DNA of 64,000 nucleotides from an uncultured delta proteobacterium (lineage in GTDB: Bacteria; Desulfobacterota; RBG-13-43-22), in assembly GCA_963843145.1 (NCBI GenBank), contig CAWJJC010000022.1, forward strand, positions 32,001-96,000, in the 5' to 3' direction. The notes beneath the pieces are model-generated. The model worked only from the letters and a program-made list of their open reading frames with translations, ran no database searches and was not told where the DNA came from. The translations under genes and the position numbers were made by a program. The stretch's first letter is position 1; each line of letters opens with the position of its first letter. Below, piece after piece: positions 1 through 9,765 of the stretch.

Positions 1-716
1 CCGGCCACCGATTCTTTATAGTAAAGAGGCCGGATTTCATCCCCCAGGGCGTCCACCTCTATATAGCGCCCACCCTTGACCCCGCCGAGATCCGATTGCC
101 ACTGGTATTCCAGTCCCCATTGGCCGATAAAATCCCCCATCCGTCGTTGGGGAAAAAGGCCGCTTTTTATCTGCTTGGGGGTAATTTCACTGAGGTAGCC
201 GATCAGATGAGGAGCTACCACCCCCAAGGGATAGTTGCGCTGAGGGCTGACTTCGATATAGATCCCCGGCAATAGGTATTTATAGGTCTCGAGCAGTCCC
301 AGTTCGTCCCGGCTGATATCCAATTTTATCGGCACCGGCTTCAATGGCCCGACCTTGCTATCGGAGTAGCGCTGCTCGATTTCCTCCGCATCCATTTTTA
401 GCAGATGCCTCAAGCGGTTTTTAAGCACCCCCCAATCTTGGACATCATCCGGAATGACATAGAGGTTAAAGGAGGGCCGGGAACTGACCAGCATAATTCC
501 ATTACGATCGAAAATAATTCCCCTGGAGGGCGGCACGTCCAGGACCCGGATGCGATTATTTTCCGAAAGTTGTTTAAAATAAGTCCCCTTGGCAATCTGC
601 AGGTACCAGATACGAACCACCAGGGCGAAAAACACAGCTAAGATGATCAAGGTGGCGATAAAAAATCGCTTCAAGACATCCAGGGGTTCATTGGTCAGGA
701 GCTGAAAAATGGACAT
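1..716 (-). CDS. mrdA: Penicillin-binding protein 2 (5' part; runs off the window edge)
   Basis: Manual translation from ATG at 716 gives MSIFQLL...LVVRIWYLQIAKG...SENNRIRVLDVPPSRGIIFDRNG...RNYPLG...HLIGY, typical class B PBP N-terminal motifs. Follows mreD. Confidence 0.92.
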   Translation of the reverse strand, partial: MSIFQLLTNEPLDVLKRFFIATLIILAVFFALVVRIWYLQIAKGTYFKQLSENNRIRVLDVPPSRGIIFDRNGIMLVSSRPSFNLYVIPDDVQDWGVLKNRLRHLLKMDAEEIEQRYSDSKVGPLKPVPIKLDISRDELGLLETYKYLLPGIYIEVSPQRNYPLGVVAPHLIGYLSEITPKQIKSGLFPQRRMGDFIGQWGLEYQWQSDLGGVKGGRYIEVDALGDEIRPLYYKESVA

Positions 717-726
717 AGCCGATTTA

Positions 727-1221
727 TTAATGGAGAGGCAGTCTCTTTGTCATCAGGTGCCGATGAAAATAGACCAGAGGCAAGCTGATCAACATGGTAA
801 TCAGGCCCTGCACCAGTATATAGAGCACCTGGATTTGGGAAAATTCAACCCCGATATTTATTCTTAACAGGATCTGAACCAGGAAAACGTAAAAAACCTG
901 GAGCACGAAAATGGAAACGAATTGTATCCACAGGGATTGCAACTGGGTGCGGGTCCAGATCAGGTGGCACAGCAAAAAAATCAAAGGATAGAGGATCAAG
1001 GTCAATCCCAGCATGTCCCAGGAAAGGATGTCCACCAGCATGCCCAAAAAGGCGCTGATCAGAAGCCCTGAGCCGAACTGGCTTAACGTGCCCAGGAGTG
1101 TGACCAGGACGAAAACCAGGTCCAGCCGGAAAGGGTTGATTTCCTCTCCGTAAAACCAGGTGGATTGCAGGACCAGAAAGGCTATTCCGATCCCCAACCA
1201 GATAAAAAAATCCTTAATCAC
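727..1221 (-). CDS. mreD: Rod shape-determining protein MreD
   Basis: Hydrophobic ~164-aa membrane protein between mreC and mrdA. GTG at 1221 overlaps the mreC stop; the ORF-track start at 1317 is probably too long. Confidence 0.85.
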   Translation of the reverse strand: MIKDFFIWLGIGIAFLVLQSTWFYGEEINPFRLDLVFVLVTLLGTLSQFGSGLLISAFLGMLVDILSWDMLGLTLILYPLIFLLCHLIWTRTQLQSLWIQFVSIFVLQVFYVFLVQILLRINIGVEFSQIQVLYILVQGLITMLISLPLVYFHRHLMTKRLPLH

Positions 1222-2062
1222 TGGCGGAATCGTCCTCCGGAGAAGCAAACCGGGGTTTTTTCTGGATGACCAGGACCTCTTCGATCTGTCCCAGGTTGAC
1301 TTGGGGACTGACCTCAACGAACAAAAAGTTGCCCTTGACTTGCGAAACCACCCTTTTCACCCTCCCCAAGGTGATCCCTTTGGGAAATAATTCATCCAGC
1401 CCGGAGGTGATTATGGTGTCGCCGGTCTGGATATCGTCATTGCGGGAAACATATTTAAGCTGACAAAACCCGTCGGGATGACCGGTCCAAATCCCCCGGA
1501 CACGGGATCGCTGGCTGAGGCAATCCACCGCAAAGCCCGGATCGTTTAGCAAAAGGACCTGCGCGTGGTGTTCCGATGTTTTTTCCAGCCGGCCTACCAG
1601 GCCGTCGACCTGAAGGACCGGCATCCCCCGGACCAATCCATCCTTTCGGCCCTTATTGATAAACAAGGCCTGCAAAAAGGGGCTGGGCCCCCTCCCCACC
1701 ACTTCAGCGATCTGGGCGGGTCCGCCAATTTGCGTTTTAAGTTGAAACATCTTGCGCAGGCGCAATTCCGACTGAATCTGTTCCCGCAACCGACTGTTTT
1801 CGCTTCGAAGCTGGGCGACCTGTTTTTTAAGCTGTTCATTATCGTCCTGGGTGTGCACTAAATAGAAATAATGATTCCAACCCGAGAGGACCGATATCTT
1901 GAGGGTATTAAAAATAGAAAAAACGGGGAGGAGGCCGTCGACGATGGAGCTTTCTACCCGGTTATAGTCTCGCTGACGATGAGTCAGTGTAGAAAATAAG
2001 GCCAGCAATACCAGGAGGCCAAGCCAGACGAGCAGCACATTGCGCAATTTTTTAATAAACAC
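1214..2062 (-). CDS. mreC: Rod shape-determining protein MreC
   Basis: N-terminal TM helix, coiled coil, INKGRKDG and TSGLDELFPKG motifs; downstream of mreB. Confidence 0.95.
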   Translation of the reverse strand: MFIKKLRNVLLVWLGLLVLLALFSTLTHRQRDYNRVESSIVDGLLPVFSIFNTLKISVLSGWNHYFYLVHTQDDNEQLKKQVAQLRSENSRLREQIQSELRLRKMFQLKTQIGGPAQIAEVVGRGPSPFLQALFINKGRKDGLVRGMPVLQVDGLVGRLEKTSEHHAQVLLLNDPGFAVDCLSQRSRVRGIWTGHPDGFCQLKYVSRNDDIQTGDTIITSGLDELFPKGITLGRVKRVVSQVKGNFLFVEVSPQVNLGQIEEVLVIQKKPRFASPEDDSASD

Positions 2063-2097
2063 GCCGCGTTTCCGGGATCAAGGAGGCAGAGGTTGCT

Positions 2098-3138
<1,041 letters not shown>

Positions 3139-3233
3139 TTAAAACGTTCAAAACCGGGCCTTGTCAGGCCAATCGGCTGCTTTTACTATAAATGATAAAT
3201 CTATCAAACTAATCTATCTAATACAAGGTTTAT

Positions 3234-3461
3234 TTGGATTAAAACAGTGACGGTACCTCGGAGTCTGTTCCCTGACTTCAGTCCGGCAACGATTTTTTAG
3301 CCCTGGATGAAAACCAGGATGGGTTGATCGACAACGGGCGGGAGCTCTTCGGTCCTCAAGGCGGGAACGGGTTCGCTGAACTGTCCCAATACGATCAGGA
3401 CAGGTCCGGCTGGATCGAAAAAAACGACCCGATATCCAGCCGCCTCCGGGTCTGGACTAAA
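3234..3461 (+). pseudogene. Remnant of a DxNxDG-type (Ca-binding/VCBS-like) repeat protein
   Basis: One frame reads LD*NSDGTSESVP*LQSGNDFLALDENQDGLIDNGRELFGPQGGNGFAELSQYDQDRSGWIEKNDPISSRLRVWTK, with in-frame stops at 3240 and 3273. It ends at the repeat element. Confidence 0.6.
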
Positions 3462-3464
3462 AGA

Positions 3465-3776
3465 CGCTTCGCCCTTTTGGGTGGGTACCCCCCAGATCTG
3501 GTATGGCCGTGGGGTCTTGGCGAAAGGGTTTTCCAAAGGTACTCCGGACTTCGAATCCGGGCCTAACTTGCTAATTTTATTTAAAGCAGGCCCATACTCA
3601 GAGTATTTTGATGTCTTCTTGGCTGGCCCTGTCTCCTGGAAACTTTGAATGTCTGGGGACCGGGTAGAACCAAAAAAGCAATATGGAAAACCCTTTCGCC
3701 AAGACCCCACGGCCACGGAGACCCGATTTCAGATTAATCTGCTATATATTGTGGCCACCCACCCAAAAGGGCAAAC
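3465..3776. mobile_element. Nested miniature inverted-repeat element (filled form)
   Basis: Outer perfect 16-bp IR at 3471-3486/3757-3772; inner perfect 32-bp IR at 3504-3535/3684-3715; related copies at 7026-7243 and 26631-26733. Confidence 0.75.
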
Positions 3777-3853
3777 AACCTCCCAAGTTCAACTTTTTCT
3801 TTTTCCCCATTATGGTATAGTAAAATGGTTACCGGCCGACAAGGAGGGCCCTG

Positions 3854-4594
3854 ATGAAGCGTCTCAACTGGCAATTATTTCTGGTCATCTTTCTTCTTGG
3901 CCTTTCGGCCTGCTTTTACCTCCTGCAGATCGAACTCTTTCATCGACTGGAAGATACGGCCTTTTACTTCTTTCAAGACCTGGCCTTTGTTCCGATCCAG
4001 GTGCTGCTGGTCACCCTGATTATCAACCAGGTGCTGGCCGCTCGGGAAAAAAAGTCCACCCTGAAAAAACTGAATATGATCATCGGGGTCTTTTACCACG
4101 AAATCGGGACACCGTTGCTAAAATTTTTTTATCAACTGGAACCCCGGGCCGAGGAGATCAAAGAAAATCTCTGGGTGCAGGAACACTGGTCCAAGAGGCA
4201 ATTTGCCCGGTCCAGTAAACTTTTTAAAAGATATAAATACCAGGTAAAAATCCGGTTGGGCTTGCTCGAAGAAATGCGGGCTTTTTTGATTGCCAAGCGG
4301 GAAATGATGCTCCGTCTGCTGGAGAACCCCAATCTGCTGGAACATGACGCCTTCACCGATATGATGCTGGCGGTCTTTCATCTTCATGACGAACTGGCCA
4401 GCCGTGAGGCCTTTGGCGAGCTGCCGGAAAATGACCTGGCCCATCTGTCCGGGGACATCAAGCGGGCCATGCAGTGGGTGGTTTCGGAATGGCTGCTTTA
4501 CTTAAGACATCTCCAGGAAAACTACCCGTACCTTTATTCCCTCGAGGTGAGGAAAAACCCCTTTGACCCTGGAGCCTCCCCCATTGTAAAATAA
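3854..4594 (+). CDS. Hypothetical membrane protein (2 N-terminal TM helices plus soluble domain)
   Basis: 246-aa ORF, AAGGAGG RBS upstream, hydrophobic N-terminus. Confidence 0.75.
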   Translation: MKRLNWQLFLVIFLLGLSACFYLLQIELFHRLEDTAFYFFQDLAFVPIQVLLVTLIINQVLAAREKKSTLKKLNMIIGVFYHEIGTPLLKFFYQLEPRAEEIKENLWVQEHWSKRQFARSSKLFKRYKYQVKIRLGLLEEMRAFLIAKREMMLRLLENPNLLEHDAFTDMMLAVFHLHDELASREAFGELPENDLAHLSGDIKRAMQWVVSEWLLYLRHLQENYPYLYSLEVRKNPFDPGASPIVK

Positions 4595-4658
4595 ATTGGA
4601 CAGGAATTCATTTTTATCTGCCATCATGATTTTTCTTTTTTGTTTTTCGGCCGGGAAT

Positions 4659-4985
4659 CTACTTGCAGAGCAAAGATTTAATCATCGCCTCTTGTTCCTC
4701 AACCGACACTTCGGCGACCTTTTCGGCCGCCTTTCGGCCGTCCTGAAAAAGACAGAGGGTCGGATAGCGTTCCACCTGGAGATCCCTCTTGGAGAGTGGA
4801 TTTTTATCCACATCCATCTTCAGGAAACAGACCTGCGCATATTCCGGCAAACAGGAAACCGTTTCTAAAACGGGCAGGATCCGCTGACAATCCCCACACC
4901 AGGGCGCATAGGCCAACAGGAGTACCGGTCCTTCCTTTCCGAGAACTTCTTTCTTATAATCGTCATCCTTAATTTCCTTGATCAT
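4659..4985 (-). CDS. Thioredoxin family protein
   Basis: YAPWCGDC active site and RYPT cis-Pro motif; 108 aa from ATG 4985. Confidence 0.9.
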   Translation of the reverse strand: MIKEIKDDDYKKEVLGKEGPVLLLAYAPWCGDCQRILPVLETVSCLPEYAQVCFLKMDVDKNPLSKRDLQVERYPTLCLFQDGRKAAEKVAEVSVEEQEAMIKSLLCK

Positions 4986-5823
4986 GGAGTACGCTCCTTT
5001 CCGGGGTATCAAAGCCCGGTCGAATAAAGTCCCTGGCCTGGGGAAACTCTTTCTCGACCATTTCTCTCAAGTGACCGAGGTGATTTACGATTTTTCCAAT
5101 CTCCGCGCCCGGTCCTTCCCACTGGGCGGCCAACTCTCCCCAGGCGCTCAATGACCGATCGATCCCGATCAAGGCTATTTTAGCCGATCCATCGGAATCC
5201 TTGGGGAAATCATCCTCTTCCAGCTCCATTTCTTCCGCCTTGCTTATCAAGGCTCGGCCCAGTTTTGGAGGCAGAAAAACCTGATACCAGAGAATAACCT
5301 CCAGGGCCTCTTTCCGGGAAATCGGGGGCTCCTGGGGGTTCGGGGCCGCTTTGACTAAATGAAGATGATTAGGGGAGGGCGTAGGTTCCGGTTCAAGCCA
5401 GTCGCCATTGTTTTTTACCCACTCGTCGACCAGCAGCGCGTATCGTTGGGCCATCGTCGGCAGCAGGTGAACCACCCGGGGTTTATCCGCCTCGGGTTCA
5501 TCCACCACCGCCTCCAAATCGATCCCTTCTTCTTCCGCCAGGTCCTGCAACAGACTGAAGGCCATCTCCAGGGATTCCGATATTTTTTTCCAGAACCGAT
5601 CATTGGCCAGATCCAGGTCCTCGGCCCGGGTCCCCGAATCCTCTTCCATCGCGAAATTTAAACAGCGCGCCGTCAGCGGACATCGTTCGCACCAGCGGTC
5701 ACAATAATTGTAAATTCCAGGAATATGGCGGGGATCTTTGGCCCGTCTTAAGAGCTCTTCTTTATCCACCGGGTACTGTTCCTTCCTTGGGGGTTCCTTC
5801 TTGCCCTCCTGGCAGCTCTTCAA
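4969..5823 (-). CDS. Hypothetical protein with N-terminal CX3CX2CX5C motif
   Basis: IYNYCDRWCERCPLTARC motif and C-terminal FIRPGFD; overlaps the thioredoxin start; exact start uncertain. Confidence 0.75.
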   Translation of the reverse strand: MKSCQEGKKEPPRKEQYPVDKEELLRRAKDPRHIPGIYNYCDRWCERCPLTARCLNFAMEEDSGTRAEDLDLANDRFWKKISESLEMAFSLLQDLAEEEGIDLEAVVDEPEADKPRVVHLLPTMAQRYALLVDEWVKNNGDWLEPEPTPSPNHLHLVKAAPNPQEPPISRKEALEVILWYQVFLPPKLGRALISKAEEMELEEDDFPKDSDGSAKIALIGIDRSLSAWGELAAQWEGPGAEIGKIVNHLGHLREMVEKEFPQARDFIRPGFDTPERSVLHDQGN

Positions 5824-5878
5824 AGCGGCCTCGTCGTTTAGTGATTCCCGCTCGGATTCATGGACGAAAAACTGTTCC

Positions 5879-6946
5879 TTACCGGAGAACCATGGCTTTT
5901 TCCGGGCAAATTTCCTGGCAGCAAAAGCAGGTAATACAGGTATCTTCCTTCACCTTGGGCAAATTATCCTCCATGGTCAGCGCGGATACCGGGCACTGTT
6001 CCAGGCAGGTGCCGCAGCCGGTGCATAGCTCGGGATCGGCCTGGGGGCGCAGGAGGGTTTTTCCGTGCATAAAGGCCTGGATGGTTTCGTTGCCGCTGAT
6101 CGCTTCGCCCCCCAAAGGAGGAAGCCGGAAATCGGGCAGCCGCTCCAGCTTTCCCAGGATTTGGATCCCTTCCAGGTCATAGTCCCCCAGGCCCATTTCC
6201 CGAGCCTTCTGCAGGAACCGCAAGCGGCCCGGGTCACAACCGGCCATGAAGGCCATCACCGAGTCCAGCGCCACGGCGTTGTCGGAAGCCAGGATCAGAC
6301 CGATCTCCCTGAGATCCGGGGAGGCCGGCCCGTTACCCTCCATACCTACTACGGCATCCAGGATAAAGAGATCAGGCACCCGCAACCGGAACACTTCGAC
6401 CACTGCTTCATGGAACCTGGCGGGGCTACCCGCCGCCTGGTGCAGCTTGGCCTTTTGGGCGCCGGGCAAAATGCCGTAACTGTTCTTGATGGCCCCGGTG
6501 ATGACGGTCAGTCCGTGGGTCTTGAATTTCGGCAGGCTGATGAAGACGTCGGCCTCCAGGACCATCCGGGAAACGCTCACGGCAGGTAAGAAATCGGGAT
6601 TGAAGGCCACCGCGCAGGCATCTTCGCCGATATTGCGGTAATAGCCTTTCGCGGCCTCCAGCAAACCGGTTTTTTTGAAACTTTCTTCATTGGCCCCATA
6701 GCTGAAAAGGCCGGGATTGTCCCCCACCACGATGGAGGCCGGGACCAGGGTCTCCAATTTTTCCACCACGGCCCGCAGCACGGCGGGATGGGTCACTATC
6801 CCCTCCCCGGCCTCAGAGGCCCGGAGCACATTGGGTTTGACCAGCACCTTCTTCCCGGCCAGATTCAGGGGAAAAAGCGCAAAGGCCCGGTCTACGGCCG
6901 TACGGACGTTCTTGTAAGTGGCGGGATGGATCATCACCTGGGACAT
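5879..6946 (-). CDS. DUF362 domain protein with C-terminal 2x[4Fe-4S] ferredoxin
   Basis: VLVKPN, THP, PKFKTH, KNSYG and GMEGNGP motifs; CTGCGTCLEQCP and CITCFCCQEICP; AGGAGG RBS before ATG 6946. Confidence 0.9.
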   Translation of the reverse strand: MSQVMIHPATYKNVRTAVDRAFALFPLNLAGKKVLVKPNVLRASEAGEGIVTHPAVLRAVVEKLETLVPASIVVGDNPGLFSYGANEESFKKTGLLEAAKGYYRNIGEDACAVAFNPDFLPAVSVSRMVLEADVFISLPKFKTHGLTVITGAIKNSYGILPGAQKAKLHQAAGSPARFHEAVVEVFRLRVPDLFILDAVVGMEGNGPASPDLREIGLILASDNAVALDSVMAFMAGCDPGRLRFLQKAREMGLGDYDLEGIQILGKLERLPDFRLPPLGGEAISGNETIQAFMHGKTLLRPQADPELCTGCGTCLEQCPVSALTMEDNLPKVKEDTCITCFCCQEICPEKAMVLR

Positions 6947-7025
6947 GTTTACTCCTCCTTTTCCCAAAGATCCGCTTTAAGGGGATATTCTATCCTACTA
7001 TCTTTTCTGGATAAAGGAAAGTGAG

Positions 7026-7243
7026 GCTTCGTTTTTTTAGGTGGGTACCCCCCAGATCCGGGTTGGCCTTGGGGTCTCGGCGAAAGGGTTTTCCAAAAGT
7101 GCTCCGGACTTCGAATCCGGACCTAAATTACTAATTTTATTTAGAGCAGGCCCATACTCAGCGTATTTTGATGCTTCCTTGGCTGGTCCTGCCTCCTGGA
7201 AAATTTGAAAGTAAGATGGCCAGGTTAGAACTAAAAAACAATG
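7026..7243 (+). repeat. Truncated second copy of the 3465-3776 element
   Basis: Aligns by eye to 3466-3683 (gtgggtaccccccagatc...cgaaagggttttccaaa...cttcgaatccgg...gcaggcccatactca); lacks the right-hand IRs. Confidence 0.85.
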
Positions 7244-7251
7244 GGGAGGAA

Positions 7252-7299
7252 GAAAGAAAGGCCGCTTTTGTAAAAGAAAGCGGCCTTTCTTTCTTTTTT
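7252..7299. terminator. Rho-independent terminator downstream of acsE (possibly bidirectional)
   Basis: GAAAGAAAGGCCGCTTT...AAAGCGGCCTTTCTTTC stem with T/A-rich flanks. Confidence 0.75.
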
Positions 7300-7316
7300 G
7301 AATTCGTGGATGATAA

Positions 7317-8195
7317 CTAAATTTCCAGCCAGGAATCGGAATACAAGGTGTGGCCCAGGATGACCTTGGCCGTTTTCGCATAGTCCTGCATTTCTTTGGA
7401 CAGACTGCCCAGATCAAGGGCTTCGCCATCCATGACCTTATGGACGATCTCCACGACATCCGGACGGTTGCCGCGGGCGATGTCCATGATCTTATCATCA
7501 AAGGCGTCGATAATACAGGAATACATCCCGTGGCGCTCCAGCATGATCATGTACGTCTGGTTGAGAATGGGCCGCAGGTGATCCGGAGGCCCGTTGGAGA
7601 CGTTGGACAGGCCGCAGGTCGACTTGGCCCCCGGAGCGATATCCTGGACCATGCTCATGAAGGTCAGGGTACTCATGAGCTGCTGTTGCTGTATGTTGAC
7701 CGGGGTAATGATCGGATCGACGAAAATATTTTCGTTGGGGATCCCCGCCTCGTTGGCCGCGTAGAGGAGTTCGGCGGCCAGGGCTCCCCGCTCGTTCTCG
7801 TCCCGGGGCAATCCTTCCGGACCCCAGAGCAAGGCGATCATCATGGCTTCATACTGCTTACAGATGGGCAGCATGACCGTGTAACGCTCCGGACGGGCCA
7901 TGATGGAATTGATGATGGCCTGACCTTTATGGACCTTCAGCCCGGCTTCGATGGCCGCGATATTGGAAGTGTCCAGGGCCAGAGGGATGTCGGTCACCTC
8001 CTGAACGGTCTTGACCACCCAGGACATCAATTCCTCGCCGCCTTTGCGGGCGGGGCCCAGGTTAATATCGATAAAATCCACCTTGGCCGCGGCCAGCTTT
8101 TCCGCCATCTCCCGAATGGGAACGGGATCCATTTCCTTAAAGGCCCGACCGATGCCTTTATTAATCACGTTTAGATTTTCACCGATGGAATACAT
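7317..8195 (-). CDS. acsE: Methyl-THF:corrinoid/iron-sulfur protein methyltransferase
   Basis: Pterin-binding TIM barrel (IGEN, DIN, INS, DP, GLSNVS); last gene of the ACS cluster. Confidence 0.93.
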   Translation of the reverse strand: MYSIGENLNVINKGIGRAFKEMDPVPIREMAEKLAAAKVDFIDINLGPARKGGEELMSWVVKTVQEVTDIPLALDTSNIAAIEAGLKVHKGQAIINSIMARPERYTVMLPICKQYEAMMIALLWGPEGLPRDENERGALAAELLYAANEAGIPNENIFVDPIITPVNIQQQQLMSTLTFMSMVQDIAPGAKSTCGLSNVSNGPPDHLRPILNQTYMIMLERHGMYSCIIDAFDDKIMDIARGNRPDVVEIVHKVMDGEALDLGSLSKEMQDYAKTAKVILGHTLYSDSWLEI

Positions 8196-8268
8196 GGTTC
8201 TCTCCTTTTAAGCGTAGTGACCAGTGACAAGTAAGAAACAACAGCCTGGGTACCCGTACCCTCACAAC

Positions 8269-9618
8269 CTATTTCAGATCCCGCAGGAACTTGGGAATAT
8301 GGGCGGCTTCCCGAGGTCCGACCTTAATCGTCCAACCCGGCAATTCTTCTTCCAAGTCTCCGGCAATGGAGGCCGAGTAACCCGGGATGATCAGGTTGCG
8401 GTGTTTGACCTTGTCGGCGATCCCGGATTTCTTGATAAAGCTCCCCACGGCGTCCCCGACGAATTTCCCGGCCGCCCAGGCGGTCATGACCGACAAACCT
8501 TCGGTGTCCATAATGCAGAGCCAGGTGGGCACGCGGCTGCCTTCGATTTCCCCAGCGACTATAAAATAAGTCAGGGAGAAGTTGGAGGTCACGCAAACCG
8601 GCGAATTTTCATCCGGGCCGTTGATTTCATAGATGCCCTGGGTAACCGTCATGGGCCGCTGCGGGTCGGTAAAGATGTTCAGCCGTTCCAGCAAGAGAGG
8701 GAAGATGGACTGGCCTTCGAAATCGGACAAGACCAGCACCCCGGCATACTTGGCCACCATGAGGGCCCCGAACAGGGTCTCGGTTTCCAGGTCCGGGGCC
8801 ATGTCACAGGGAAAGCAGATAGTCGGAAAACCGAGGGCCTTTTCCTTCTGGGCTAACGCGGTCCGCCGAATGGCCACCTGGTCTTCCAGGACCTTTTTGA
8901 TCGTCCGGGCTCCGGAGTCCAGGACCAGGTCCTTCAATCCGGCCTTAGTCAGTTTGTTGGACAAGGCGATCAGTTCATCCAGACCGTCCCCCTTGACCGC
9001 CAGAGGACATTTGGCTTCCTTGGCCAGTTCGCCCATGGCCTCCACGTTGTCCTTGGTGGCCGCATAGAGCAGTGGGTTGCCGCCGGGACAGGCCGCCAAA
9101 CCCGCCTTCAGCACCTCTGGCTTATCGCTCATCAGGATCAAACTGAAATTACTGGTATCGAAAACCTGTTTGACCACGGCGGCGAACGCGGCGGCATCGC
9201 CGTTCAGGTCTTTGACCGCCACCAGTTCGGGTCGCAGGTTCAACCCCACCCGTTCATACTGGAGGGTGTCCCATTTGCGCAGTTTGGCCGAAACGGTGTC
9301 GGCTTTCATGTCGCTGGTCAGCACGGCGCCCAGTCCGGTGGGATTGAAAAAAGTTTTTTCATGGCGGAAAAGAACGGTTTCCCCGCCCGTTTTTACGGCG
9401 TGATCACCAGCTCCGATCGTCAGGGGACGAATCGGCGGGGCCGAGGCTTCAGCCAACTGGGCCTTGGCCTCTTCGGAAACATAGGGACATAAAGCCAGCT
9501 CGGCCTTGCCGGCAGCCAGGTTCATGGCAAAGGCCAGGCACGTCGGCACACCACAGTCACCACAATTCGTTTTGGGAAGCAGCTTGAAAATTTGAATTCC
9601 TGTTAAACCCATGCTCAT
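8269..9618 (-). CDS. acsC: Corrinoid iron-sulfur protein large subunit
   Basis: LPKTNCGDCGVPTCLAFA...CP 4Fe-4S motif; FTDPQRP, SNFSLTY, TAWAAGKF and GPREA motifs. Confidence 0.97.
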   Translation of the reverse strand: MSMGLTGIQIFKLLPKTNCGDCGVPTCLAFAMNLAAGKAELALCPYVSEEAKAQLAEASAPPIRPLTIGAGDHAVKTGGETVLFRHEKTFFNPTGLGAVLTSDMKADTVSAKLRKWDTLQYERVGLNLRPELVAVKDLNGDAAAFAAVVKQVFDTSNFSLILMSDKPEVLKAGLAACPGGNPLLYAATKDNVEAMGELAKEAKCPLAVKGDGLDELIALSNKLTKAGLKDLVLDSGARTIKKVLEDQVAIRRTALAQKEKALGFPTICFPCDMAPDLETETLFGALMVAKYAGVLVLSDFEGQSIFPLLLERLNIFTDPQRPMTVTQGIYEINGPDENSPVCVTSNFSLTYFIVAGEIEGSRVPTWLCIMDTEGLSVMTAWAAGKFVGDAVGSFIKKSGIADKVKHRNLIIPGYSASIAGDLEEELPGWTIKVGPREAAHIPKFLRDLK

Positions 9619-9622
9619 CTCC

Positions 9623-9765
9623 TTATAAAATCGCGCAGCGATTTTATAAACGTAAAACCTCCGGCTGCGCTCATTTTAATCTGATCTCCCGTAAGGGGTG
9701 GATTAAGGGTAATGGTTGTGGGCGGGCTTACGCCCGCCCTTTATAAAATTTCGAAGAAATTTTAT
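9623..9765. repeat. Three hairpins in the acsB-acsC spacer
   Basis: TTATAAAATCGC-gca-GCGATTTTATAA (9623-9649), GGGCGGGC-ttac-GCCCGCCC (9720-9739), ATAAAATTTC-gaa-GAAATTTTAT (9743-9765). Confidence 0.8.

Noticed and set aside
3273-3275. In-frame TGA as selenocysteine
   Set aside because: Lies in a decayed frame that also has a TAA; not at a redox Cys position; no evident SECIS.
3504-3715. CRISPR-like 32-bp repeats
   Set aside because: Only two copies, inverted rather than direct; no spacers and no cas genes.
3297-3716. ORF sharing a peptide (FQETGPAK...EYGPALNKIS.LGPDSKSG) with ORF 7037-7501
   Set aside because: The similarity comes from the DNA repeat; starts and ends differ and there is no RBS. 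Treated as non-coding repeat.
8206-8260. Short heptamer-like repeats (AGTGACC AGTGACA) between acsC and acsE
   Set aside because: Only two or three degenerate units; too weak to interpret.
8269-9618. HgcA mercury methylase
   Set aside because: Full-length AcsC with an N-terminal Fe-S domain in an acs operon; no NVWCAAGK motif, no TM region and no hgcB.
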